Assembly (NCBI GenBank): GCA_002189035.1
Contig: NEEC01000021.1
Location: forward strand, 620,001 to 684,000
Reading direction: 5' to 3'
DNA length: 64,000 nucleotides
Source: Utricularia gibba
Taxonomy: Eukaryota > Plantae > Magnoliophyta
Made by a program: the position numbers and the translations under genes. This document shows positions 1 through 15,435 of this stretch, piece by piece. The stretch's first letter is position 1. Each line of letters begins with the position of its first letter. Below the pieces are notes generated by a model. That model made no database searches, was not told the DNA's origin, and saw nothing but the letters and a program-made list of their open reading frames with translations.

Positions 1-48
1 TGGAGGGTGGTGTGGTTAGTAGAAAAAAGAAGCTCACGAATCACATAC

Positions 49-1572
49 CATTCTCCTCTCCAAGTATGAGGCTGAAAAGGCCCCTAAGGCCAAATAAATT
101 GAGGAAATACCTGTTTGGCAACAAATGCAGCCCATTAAACACATTATGTTACTACAAATTTGTTAAAATGTATGGTTTCTATCGGATTCATTAGATGTAA
201 AACAGTGGAGGATCTTTGACAAAAGAAATCAATCACGTCTGCAGACATTCATCATTATTTATTTATTTTTGAATGAGCAAGGAGATAATGATCTACTAAC
301 GATCGAAAAAAATGCCTGTTGTGCAACAGGGAATGATATCTTAAACAGATTATGTTATTGAAAATCAAAAAATTGGTGCTTTCCATAGGATTCATGAGAT
401 CTAAAACAGCAGCCAACTTTGGAAAAAAAAATGGCATATATGAAATCACGTGCATTGGCATTGGGAGTTATTTACTAGGAAGATAAAGGAGATACTAATT
501 CACTAATGAATTGAAAAAAAATACCAGGATCGGCTGCTAACATAGCTGACATCGACCGCGCTCAAATCTATACCATTTTGCAGCATTGCCCTAAATCTCT
601 GAGTGAGCGGAAATGGGATTTTTGCTGCAACATGAAAACATAAAGGAAATCAGGAAATTCACTAGTGGAAACTTACAAAGAAAAAAGAAAAAAAAAAAAA
701 AAAAAAAACAGACCTGCGACAAAACCAGAAAAGAAAAAGTTGACCCAAGCAAAGGTGAGCGTCTGCAGGGACGGATAAAAAATTGAAGAACCGCGCTTTA
801 TCTTATAAAAAAGATATAACTAATGCAGAGCCATGGTTTGCAGCAAATTACCTGTGGAATGATCATAGAAAGATTCTTCTTCATCATGTCCATAGCCATG
901 TTCGGATCGGAAAACATCTGAGCCTGTGGATTCTGAGCCTGTCCCTTGGGTACATAAAGCAATCCATTCTCCTGCACTTCAAAAAGAGGAAGTTCTAATT
1001 CTAAAAACCAGTCCTAAAATCAACAAATCATAGGAACAAAAACAACAGATGCACAACCAAGTACGCAAACCATAGGAAACCAAAATTAATCCTCAAATAT
1101 TCCTCCAATCTTAAATTTCAGCAATCGCCATTCTTTTGATCAGAAGCATCGATGCCAGCATACAATTTCAGTTACAAGGAAAAAAGCTACAGTATTAGCT
1201 AATCCAGGAATTAAAGCAACAAAAGCTCCAAAACTGACCTCATTACTGTAATAAAACCTACGAGCACGAAACGACTTCGCCGGAATGAAATTGGCCGCGG
1301 CCCTAAGATTCCGCGCCCTAGTGATCACTTGCCTGAAATCCCAAAACATAAAACCAGTAAATGAAGAATTCAGAAGGATTCTAATCCAACATCAATCGGA
1401 AAAACCATAGAAGAAGGTACCCTTCTTTAACAACTTTGACGTCGGGATTTGGACTGGAGCGCATTAGCTTCGACACGTAATAACGTAGGATTCCGATGAG
1501 CACCATGACCACAGATAAGGGTATCAACACCCAGTCCCTGATCGCCGTATCCAACACCAAATCTTCCGCCAT
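49..1572 (-). CDS. EMC3: ER membrane protein complex subunit 3 (3'-truncated by window edge; 6 exons visible)
   Basis: Spliced translation MAEDLVLDTAIRDWVLIPLSVVMVLIG..GQVITRARNLRAAANFIP..MDMMKKNLSMIIPQ|TLTFAWVNFFFSGFVA|AKIPFPLTQRFRAMLQNGIDL..SSRSW|YFLNLFGLRGLFSLILGEEN. Exons approx 1572-1421, 1332-1239, 971-852, 762-714, 624-525, 110-49, all GT-AG. Confidence 0.95.
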
Positions 1573-1687
1573 AGCTGAGCTGAGGGAGATCTCTTCTCCG
1601 ACGACTCTCCGATCTTCTCACTTTAGCCTTCGCTAGTGGAATTCCCTAAAGGCCCTAATAGCAATCAGAAGGAAAACGAGTGTCGCT

Positions 1688-1726
1688 TGGGCCTGTGAAG
1701 CCCAACAAGAAGCGAATACTGGCCCA
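1688..1726. promoter_or_regulatory. Cluster of site II (TGGGCY) elements upstream of EMC3
   Basis: TGGGCC 1688-1693, AGCCCA 1699-1704 and GGCCCA 1721-1726, 115-155 bp upstream of the EMC3 ATG; typical of plant housekeeping promoters bound by TCP factors. Confidence 0.55.
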
Positions 1727-1829
1727 AGACCATATAATTTCAAGTTTCTATTATTTAAAATAATATTTAGTGTAATAAAAAAACAAAAAATTGTATAAAA
1801 AATCATCAAAGTTTATTATTTTGACAACT

Positions 1830-2390
1830 TTAGTCCCTATTGTTTATAATAAATGGTAAAATTGGTTTCCAATTATACAATTCGTTCCCATTATTTTATT
1901 TAAAACGTAAAATTATTGCGACTCATTTACAAAAATAATCATCCTTTCATTTTCTCACACACACTTAAACAAACATTTTTAATTAAGGGTGGTTAATTTT
2001 TTCATACGCTCATCAAAGATTGCAAGATTTGTAATACACATTCATAATTTAATATACTTAGAATAATAGGACCTCAAAATTATACATTATTAGCATTTGT
2101 CCCCAATGTTTAACCAATAAGCATAAATAGTTCCCACTATTTTTTGGGGACTGATTTTACCAAATGTGTAAACAAATAGGGACTAATAATGCGAATTATT
2201 TTAAGAAATGGGGATTATTTATGTCAACTTGTTTATGTGAATAGTATGTATAAAATTGTTAGAAACTAATTATATTAATTTATAAAACAGTGGGGATCAA
2301 TTATATCATTATTTTGAAACATTGAGAACTAATTACACCAAATCAGTAGGGATCAATTTGCAAAAACTCTAAAATGCGGGGACTAGTGGT
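1830..2390. mobile_element. AT-rich foldback/MITE-like remnant with GGGACTAA-type subrepeats
   Basis: ttagtccctattgttta (~1830) is the near-perfect inverse of taaacaaatagggactaa (~2170); several gggact/gggatc subrepeats. TIRs and TSD not resolved. Confidence 0.35.
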
Positions 2391-2555
2391 GCCAAGTACC
2401 CAAAAAAGGTATTTTAAATATATTTGATAAGATTAAAATAAATTTAATATATATTTGGAGTGAAAATTCGAATAAATAAAATAAAATAGGAAAATTTTTA
2501 ATGCACTGTGATTTCCCATAAGAAAAATATTCATCGTAAGTGACCGTCCAGTTCC

Positions 2556-3834
2556 TATCATAACTTGGGTAGAAGTATGTTGCATTTCGATGGTGATACA
2601 ACATGCAGAGAAGCTAAGGGACAAACAGGGAATGGCTACGAGGAACCCCTCTGTCTGGATGTCCGCGCGCAAGGAGTCGTTCTGATCTGAACACAGCATG
2701 CAACTCTTGTCAGAGGTGTACTGGACTCTTGGGTGAACCTCGAGAGTGCTCGTGGGAGAGACCCACTCAACCTGACGGGACTCTGTGCGATCGAGCAAGC
2801 ATGCATGCCCACAGAATGGTGAGTGACGCACTGGACGCTGGGCGTAGAGTGGTCGCGAGCCCAAGTGTTAGGTGAGACATGGTTGGTATGGGTTGGTACA
2901 ATGGAGTGTTGGAGAAGGGGTCAAGGGCCTAAGAAGTATAAGAGGGCCGACATTTCATATACTGGGCCCGTAAGGTGAAGGGTTGGAAGAGGAAATGGCT
3001 CAGAAGCCCAACAGTAAGGAGGTAGTATATAAGGACTTGACATGGTGGCAGGCTGGGGATTGGAAATCAGAGAAATAGCGCCACCATGCCGAAATATGGG
3101 AGGAGAAGGTCATGATTTGGCAAGAGGGGAAGGAGACACACGAAGGTAAGGGGAAGCATGAGCCGGAAAGTATGAATAAGGGTCGAAGGACTGTAAGTTG
3201 ATGAGCCCGAAGGGGTGGGGTCAGACCCTTCGCCGAGATATCTCTGACGGCAACCCAACGTGAGATTGGGGGTAGATAACGTCATGAGCTCCAAAGGGAG
3301 TGGGGTTGGGACGGATTAACGTGGCTAGTATCCGTCCTGACGGTAACGTGATGTGCCATCACGGGATGCACGCCCCTTGTGACCAATGGGTCTTTACGAT
3401 ATAAGTATTTATGCTCTTACGATGATACGTGCTGATGATATGCTTATGATGATATGTGTCATGCTTATGATGATATGTTTATGATTGATAGTGTGGTCTA
3501 CCCTATGCATATATTGATCCCTTACAAACTTATGTGTAGATGAAGGTTTGGTCGTGCGGAGACCGGCGGAGAGGCGGAAGGGCTGACGGAGTGAACCCGG
3601 AGGACCGAGGAGATTGGGGAATAGAAGTTGTTGTTTTGCTCGTGTTTTCCTTTATGTCTTGATGTGATTTCGTGGATTGTGTTGAACCTTCTTTGCCATA
3701 TATATGAATAAGATATTCCCCGATAATCTCGTGTCCATTTGGATTAAACGGATAAAACCAAAGTCACTCATAAGACAGGTCACGTTTCTAAGTGGGGTAA
3801 CGAAGCTGCCAGGCCCTCTTCTTGAGTCGTTACA
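2556..3834 (+). mobile_element. Solo LTR (Ty3/gypsy-like, 1279 bp)
   Basis: Absent from the homologous empty site in copy B (single AGTTCC at 6476-6481). Flanked by AGTTCC at 2550-2555 and 3835-3840. Termini TATCATAAC...GTCGTTACA (TG decayed to TA; CA). TATATAA at 3026-3032 and ATGATGATATG-type simple repeats at ~3420-3490. No PBS, PPT or coding domains; orientation inferred from the TATA box. Confidence 0.8.
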
Positions 3835-3871
3835 AGTTCCGGCCAACAGCCTCACTTCCCCACAAAACCCC

Positions 3872-4045
3872 ATGGGTAGCACTCGTAACTTGGGGTTTCT
3901 GGTCATCATCGCGGCCGTGCTGCCGGCGGTGATGTTGTCGTCGGCGGGAGGCAGGGAGCAGTGCAGCGGCTGCATTTTGAAAAGTTTCAACCTAAACGAA
4001 CGATGGTTAAAGAAAGGAAGATCAGAGGGGAAAGTTTCAACCTAA
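3872..4045 (+). pseudogene. Truncated paralog of the 14-Cys secreted peptide
   Basis: MGSTRNLGFLVIIAAVLPAVMLSSAGGREQCSGCILK matches the N-terminus of 6513-6800. Similarity stops at 3980 and only 2 of 14 Cys remain. Confidence 0.85.
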
Positions 4046-4156
4046 ATGGTTCCGCACTTTCCATCAACACAAAGCAAGGCGTTACAGATTGCATGTCTTC
4101 TCGTTATTTTGACAATAGCAGAACTATGAGAAGCCTGGAGACCCCAACCGGAAAAG

Positions 4157-5632
4157 TTACAGTCTTGAAGGCATTCCTCCGGCGACGACCAGAGTTTCTC
4201 CGGTGACATAAGAAGCATCATCTGAAGCTAAGTACGCCACCGCAGCAGCCATATCGTCTGTTGTTCCATATCTATTTGCGAGCGTCTTCGGCACGTATTC
4301 TTTCCGCTATAAACGCAAGCATATTCAGTTGCAACAAAATGATCCACCTGGTGTGCTAAAGAAATCATGAAAGCTTACGATGTCCTCGTTTTCAATGAGA
4401 TAAGAAGCGAAGCGTGTTGGGACAAAGCCAGGGGCAACACAGTTTACACGAGTATCAGGTGCTAGCTCGCTCGCAAGGGCCTGAGAATGAGGTAATGGAT
4501 CCAGAATCAGATACAGAAAGAGTTGCAGCAACTAGCGTGTAGTCCTGAAAATAGAGTCACAAACTCCAAAAACACACAGAGAAGGAGCTGCACCAACTAC
4601 CATGTATGCCTGTTTTGTGCTCTTGATTCATACAAGTAACACAGGCCAAGTCTCAACTCACTGCTGGTATAATGATCCTTTCCATGAGATGTTTATGGTA
4701 GGCAGAAGAAGGATTTGTGTAACGTAAAATTTTTGTACATATGTGTACCTTTGTGAGTCCGAGAAGTGCTGTCTTTGTTACACCATAGAATGCTAGGCCA
4801 CTGGAAGGACTGAAAGCAGCTACAGACGAAATTAATATGACTGAAGAGCCCTTCTTCAAGTGAGGAGCTGCTTCCTATATAGATTGATAGAAAGAAGGAA
4901 GAGAAAGACTAAGAAGAAGGCAATGAAAACTAGTTTATATTGAAGATTCTGGTGTCAGGCATCGAACTCAGGAATCAAGAATGGTTCTTGTGATGGAGTA
5001 ACATTGTAACGCAGAGCTAACTGGCATACCTGCAGAATAAGAATGGCAGACTTCACATTGATCTCCCATAGTTTGTCAAGAACCGATTCTTTGGTCTCCA
5101 AGATCCCTGCTAGAGTCGGGTTGGCTGCAGCATTGCAGACAACCACATCTATTTTCCCATATTTCTGTTGAGAAAAAGAAAAGGTTCATCTGTCAAGCTC
5201 CTCATCTAACAACAATCCACAAACATTTCTAGTAAACCACCTCCAGCGTTTTCCTTATCAATTCCCTCCTGTGCTCTGCATTCGCAACATGGCATACCAA
5301 GCCCATAGCTTCAATCCCTTCACCCACAAGCTTCTCCACAGCTTCATCGACATTTTACTTCAACATGAACAGAAATGGGCATATCATCGAACAGGAAAAG
5401 ACAAAGCTCTACTTTTCAGTTGCGATCTTCCCACCCCACAGATAATAACTATATCGTGAGCAATCTAAAGCTAATCGAAATTGAATTGAGTTGGGCGTAC
5501 TTGCCGGCGTGAAGATATAACAACGGCGGCGCCCTCCAATCCGAGGCGGCGAGCAATTCCAAAGCCGATGCCCTGCGTAGAAGCTGTGATGAGAGCCACT
5601 TTCCCTTCGAATCTCCTAGGGACCTTCGCCAT
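4157..5632 (-). pseudogene. SDRA: Peroxisomal short-chain dehydrogenase/reductase (SDRA/IBR1-like), copy A, with premature stop
   Basis: Six exons (5632-5501, 5357-5241, 5164-5030, 4874-4749, 4480-4379, 4306-4157); [13 protein letters not shown] and C-terminal -SRL. The first codon of exon 2 is TAA (5357-5355) where copy B has AAA (Lys). Confidence 0.85.
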
Positions 5633-5927
5633 ATCCTCGTAGAAAAGGGACCAGAATGCTATTGGGGAATAGTTGCTCCTCGTATAGACGAATAGCTGCG
5701 GACCGGAGACTAACTTCACCGCGCGGGTTTAACGACGGGTCGGAGTTTCTTACCGCTGACTTTTTTAACATAAAACAAAGAAAGCAAGCAAGGGAATGAA
5801 CTGACTTTGAGAAAGATCATGGCCGAAAGCAACAGCCAACAGATTCATTGAAACTGGGCTTAGAAGTATTGACGATCACTCACGAAGGAGCAAGTTCAAG
5901 AGCGGATTCAGCAGTGAAACGACGAAT

Positions 5928-6117
5928 ATGGCGGCGGCAGCAACGGTGTCCAACGGGAATGAAACGCTTGTTAAAACTCCGGCTTCGGGACGATCCGCCG
6001 CCGCTTACAGCGACGTTCAAAACAGCAGACTCGATCATCCTCTGCCCCTCCCATCGGTGGGTACGGGCCCATTCAAGGTTGTCGATGGTCCTCCTAGCTC
6101 CGCCGCTCGGAATCCAT
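5928..6117 (+). pseudogene. Orphan duplicate of PFP-beta exon 1
   Basis: 190 nt, about 10 substitutions and no indels versus 10035-10224. ATG and donor GT (6118-6119) retained; no adjacent exon 2. Confidence 0.85.
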
Positions 6118-6512
6118 GTATATTACATGGAAATTTAAGATGCTTTTTTTGTAATTTTTTGAAATTAATTATATTAATTAAAATAGTGGAGATCAATTAC
6201 ACCATTAATTTAAAACATTAAGAACTAATTATATCAAATCATCTAAATAGTGAATATAAGCATTAAATCGATGGGGACTGATTTGCAAAAATTCTAAAAT
6301 GCGGGGACTAGTGGTGCCCAATGCCCAAAAAAAGGTTTTTTAAATATATTCTATAAGATTAAAATAAATTTTATATATATTTCGAGTAAAAATTCGAATA
6401 AATAAAATAAAATAGGGAAATTTTTAATGCAGTGTGATTTCCCAGAAGAAAAATACTCACCATAAGTGACCGCCCAGTTCCGGCCAACAGCTTCACTTCC
6501 CCACAAAACCCC

Positions 6513-6800
6513 ATGGGCACTCGCAACTTGGGGTTTCCGGTCATCATCGCGGCCGTGCTGGCGGCGGCGATGTTGCCGTCTGCGGGAGGCAGGGAGCAGT
6601 GCAGCGCCTGCATTTTGAACCAGCTGAGGGCAGTTTGCCCCACCCGGTGCCCGCAGATGATGCAGTGCATGGCGCGATGCCTGTGGGGCGGCGAGCCGCC
6701 GACGCGCTGCATGAAGAAATGCGACTGCGGCGAAAGATACCCGCGTCTCGGAGACTGCAAGAGGTGCTTGAAGCAGTGCAAGTGCAGCTGCTTGTCGTGA
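6513..6800 (+). CDS. Small secreted cysteine-rich peptide (95 aa, 14 Cys), family not identified
   Basis: Intronless GC-rich ORF in AT-rich flanks; hydrophobic signal-peptide-like N-terminus (~1-26); basic mature region with C-X2-C-X8-C-X3-C-X5-C-X3-C-X9-C-X3-C-X-C-X9-C-X2-C-X3-C-X-C-X-C; paralog fragment at 3872. Confidence 0.85.
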   Translation: MGTRNLGFPVIIAAVLAAAMLPSAGGREQCSACILNQLRAVCPTRCPQMMQCMARCLWGGEPPTRCMKKCDCGERYPRLGDCKRCLKQCKCSCLS

Positions 6801-7507
6801 GCCACCGTCATTCCTCCGCCGCTTTCCGGTGGGCAATCTGTTCTGTTGTGATGAACCTTTTGTTTTCTTAATTTTTAAATCTCGTAAAAAAACTCAATTT
6901 CATTGAGAAATTCTATAAATTGCCAATTAGAATCGAAAATTTCAGTTTTGTTATCAATTTATTAATTTCTTTGTTTAAAACTTTATAATACGAAATTTGG
7001 TTCTACTATTTCAAAATTCATTTTCTTGAAACAAATTATGGATATCTTTTATTTTATTAATTTCTTAAATTGATTCTGTTTAATTTTTAAAGATTCTAAT
7101 TTTTAGTTGTTTTACGATAAAGTCAAAAATTTAGGTTATGTTATTAACATCACAAATTATTGAATTATATTATTCATTTTTTTATATATTCTAATAACAT
7201 ATTTATATTTTAACATTAAATCATATATGAAATATAGTTTTAGAAATATATTAAATTTTACAATATATATTTAATCTTAAAACTAACTATATTCTACATA
7301 ATCTAAAGCACAACTTCAAATTAAAAAAAACACTATATGTTTAATTTGTATTATTTTTAATTTACAAAAACAAATCATATTTGGAAAATAATTTTATGAG
7401 TAGTACTTTTTATTTTTAATTAATAATTTATTGTTACTATAAATTTTCTCAAATGATTTCTTCCCTTTCTCATTTGACTTTGAGGAATCTAATTCCTTAG
7501 GAATGTT

Positions 7508-7911
7508 GTGTTTCATGATATCTTATTTTTGAACTTATACAAATCATACTTGAGAAAATTCCAATTGAAAATTTGTTTTTTTAAGATAAATATTTATGTT
7601 AGAAATAATTATAAATAACTGAAATTAATATTAATTTTGTACGTTAAATTTAATAAAGACAATTTGAACAAAAAAATTTTAATATACACTTTTAAAAAAA
7701 AATTTTGAACTTATTTTTTTGTGTTTTATGATATCTTATTTTTGAATTTACACAAATCATATTTGAGCAAATTTTAATTGAAAAATTGTTTTTTTCGAAA
7801 GTAAATATTTATGTTAGAAATAATTATAAATAACTGGAATTAACATTAATTTTGTACGTTAAATTTAATAAAGACAATTTGAACAAAAACATTTAATATA
7901 TACTTTTAAAA
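7508..7911 (+). repeat. AT-rich tandem duplication, period ~213 bp (about 1.9 copies)
   Basis: gtgtttcatgatatcttatttttgaac... at 7508 repeats as gtgttttatgatatcttatttttgaat... at 7721; continuous high similarity to ~7911. Confidence 0.9.
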
Positions 7912-8264
7912 AGTTATTGTTTTAATAAAATAAGAGACAAATCTATATAAATTATTAAAAAATAAAAAAATAAATTTCTACTTTTTTTATTTTATGTTTA
8001 ATAACAAACTATTGCTAAACAAAAAGCAAAAATTCTTCCAAAAAGAATTTAGAAATTTCCAACTTATTAAAAACAAAGTGTTCTTCTTTATGTTCTTTTT
8101 TGGGGTAAAAATCATTAACAATTAATAACAATATTATTTATTACTTCGCCATTAATTCTGAAATACATTGAGACAGACAACGCAAGGGATTAGAGAAGGC
8201 AAGCTTTCTCCTTATTTTAAAAATAGCAAAACTATGAGACGCCTGGAGACCCCAGCCGGAAAAG

Positions 8265-9711
8265 CTACAGTCTTGAAGGCATTCCTCCGGCGACGACCAG
8301 AGTTTCTCCGGTGACATAAGAAGCATCATCTGAAGCTAAGTACGCCACTGCAGCAGCCATATCATCTGTTGTTCCAAGTCTATTTGCGAGCGTCGCCGAC
8401 TCGTAGCCTTTCCGCTATAAACGCAAGCATATTCAGTTGCAACAATATGATCCACCACACTGGTGTGCTAAAGAAATCATGAAAGCTTACGGTGTCCTCA
8501 TTTGCAGTGAGATAAGCAGCGAAGTGTGTTGGGACAAAGCCAGGGGCAACACAGTTTACACGAGTATCAGGTGCTAGCTCGCTCGCAAGAGCCTGAGAAT
8601 AAGGTAATGGATCCACAATCAGATACAGAAGGAGTTGCACCAACTAGCATGTAGGCCTGAAAATAGAGTTACAAAAACACACAGAGAAGAAGCTGCACCA
8701 ACTACCATGTATGTCCTTTTTGTGATCTTGATTCATACAAGTAACACAGGTCAAGTCTCAACTCACTACTGGTATAATGATCTTTTCCATGGGATATTTA
8801 GGGTAGGCACAAGAAGGATTTGTATACCTTTGTGAGTCCAAGAAGTGCTGTCTTTGTTACACCATACATTGATAGGCCACTGGAAGGACTGTAAGCAGCT
8901 ATAGAGGAAATTAATATGACTGAAGAGCCCTTCTTCAAGTGGGGAACTGCTTCCTATACAGATTGATAGAAACACGGAAGAGAAAGACTAAGAAGAAAGC
9001 AATGAAAACTAGTTTATATTGAAGATTCTGGTGTCAGGCATCGAATTCAGGAATCAAGAATGGTTCTTATGATGGAGTAACATTGTAACGCAGATCTAAC
9101 TGGCATACCTGCAGAATAAGAATGGCAGACTTCACATTGATCTCCCATAGTTTGTCAAGAACCGATTCTTTGGTCTCCAGGATGCCTGCTACAGTCGGGT
9201 TGGCTGCAGCATTGCAGACAACCACATCTATTTTCCCATATTTCTGTTGAGAAAAAAAGAAGGTTCATCTGTCAAGCTCCCCATCTAACAACAATCCACA
9301 CACATTTCTGGTAAATCACCTGCAGCGTTTTCATTATCAATTCCCTTCTGTGCTCTGCATTCGCAACATGGCATACCAAGCCCATAGCTTCAATCCCTTC
9401 ACCCACAAGCTTCTCCACAGCTTCATCGACATTTTTCTTCAACATGAACAGAAATGGGCATATCATCGAACAGGAAAAGACAAAGCTCTACTTTTCAGTT
9501 GCGATCTTCCCACCCCACAGATAATAACTATATCGTGAGCAATCTAAAGCTAATCGAAATTGAATTGAGTTGGGCGTACTTGCCGGCGTGAAGATATAAC
9601 AACGGCGGCGCCCTCCAATCCGAGGCGGCGAGCAATTCCAAAGCCGATGCCCTGCGTAGAAGCTGTGATGAGAGCCACTTTCCCTTCGAATCTCCTAGGG
9701 ACCTTCGCCAT
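8265..9711 (-). CDS. SDRA: Peroxisomal short-chain dehydrogenase/reductase (SDRA/IBR1, DHRS4-like), intact copy B
   Basis: Six GT-AG exons translate without stops: [88 protein letters not shown]; PTS1 -SRL. Confidence 0.93.
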
Positions 9712-10034
9712 ATCCTCGTAGAAAAGGGACCAGGAAAGTGGAAAAGGAATGCTATTCGGGAATAGTTGCTCCTCGTATGAACGAATAGCTCCGGACCGGA
9801 GACTCACTTCACCGCGCGGGTTTAACGACGGGTCGGAATTTCTTACCGCTGTCCTTTTTTAGTGTAATATAAAACAAAAAAAGTAAGCAGGGGAATGAAC
9901 GACTTCGAGAACATGGATAAAGATCATGGCCGAAAGCAACAGCCAACAGATTTATTGAAACCGGGCTTAGAAATATTGACGATCACTTGCGAAGGAACAA
10001 GTTCGAGAGCGGATTCAGTAGTGAGACGACGAAT

Positions 10035-13961
<3,927 letters not shown>

Positions 13962-15435
13962 ACACACACAGAAAGTGAACTGCAGTTTGGTTTGCGGTTG
14001 AGTATGAGTGCTGGAGAACATGGAGATGATCATGCGTGTTTTCATCTTATGTTGAAACATGTGTTCTTGTCTTGATGGGGAATAAAAAATCCTTGTGGTA
14101 CGTAGCTGGTGAAAACCCAAAATCCAATCAGCTGACCATGAGATTCAACCTGGAAAAATCTTCAAAACCAGAGCAAAAAGTGAAGCATATTCGATTTGGT
14201 CTGAGAACCATTTACTGATCCCTTTACAAATCAACAGTGGTGATTCAATTGATACCAACAACTAGAAACAAGCCAGGAGATACAGAAGATGAAAAAAAGG
14301 GATCGTCCTACAACCAACTTATGTAGGGTCACCTCTCCTTCCCAGCAACAACAAGCATGAAGGTGGTGCTGTTGCAGATGATAAATTAGCAAGTCTGTAA
14401 TATTCAAGCTATCACACAAGAAATCGCACCAACAATCAAACACTGGAATTGTCCAAGAGATTTTAACAACAACCTGACCTTTACAAAGCAAGAACAACAA
14501 TGTTCGGAACAAGAAAGGATAAGTGGTGACAAGCCAACATGCTCAAAGCAAAGAAATGTGGTTGCAAATATCATCACAGGAATGCCGTTGCAATTAAACA
14601 TAATGTAGCATTTAAGAGTAATCGAGGTAATATCATTAGAAAAAATATCACCTTACTTGAAATGATATTACATATATATTTTCTAAAATCAGATATAATC
14701 TAGACACCGCAAACATGATATTATAATAGATTGACTGTAATCATAATTAACTTTTTATAAATGTTAATATTGTCAGTTGTATATTAACTCATAAAAAATT
14801 TAACGGATGTGTTTTGTTAAACCATGACATATTAGTTTGTAATGGAATAATATAATCCTATGTATTTAGTTAAACTCCCATTATAAAAAAACACATGTAT
14901 TAGCTTTTATCAATAAAATTAAAGGATTATACTCATCTAACAAACGTGATCTTAATGTTTAAATGGTGCATTTACAAAAGACTATATTTGATATAGTTTC
15001 TCAAAAAAAAAAAAACATTTTCCATATAAATGATTTTGAAAAAATAGAAAATGAGTTTATATTTTTAAAAATAATGAGTATTTTCAAATTTTTTACTTCT
15101 TTGAAACAAAATTAAAAAACATGTTCTATTTCAAATAGAATCTATATTCGAAATGCTTATTGTTTCACTAATGAATCAAGTTCATTATTCTCTATTACAC
15201 GGCATACCACTCCATCCAAACTATGTATAAAGAATGCACTAGAGTAAGGAGACGGGGAAGGTGACGTGTCAACCAATGGGGAGGGAGAGAAATATCATCT
15301 AAAAGCTCTCCGTTCTGCAACGAAATATCTCACCTGTGTAACTCGGCGACCGGAGATTGATCATTGAAGCGAGAGGGCACTTGATGAAGATGGATGAGTG
15401 CTTTGCATCGCCGATCTCGGAAATAGTTGGTTGAT

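Noticed and set aside
2383-2864. Minus-strand ORFs of 73 and 143 aa
   Set aside because: They span the LTR boundary and AT-rich flank and resemble no protein; chance ORFs.
6351-6871. Long antisense and alternate-frame ORFs (161, 146, 90 aa) over the Cys-rich gene
   Set aside because: Expected shadows of a GC-rich, stop-poor CDS; no independent coding signal.
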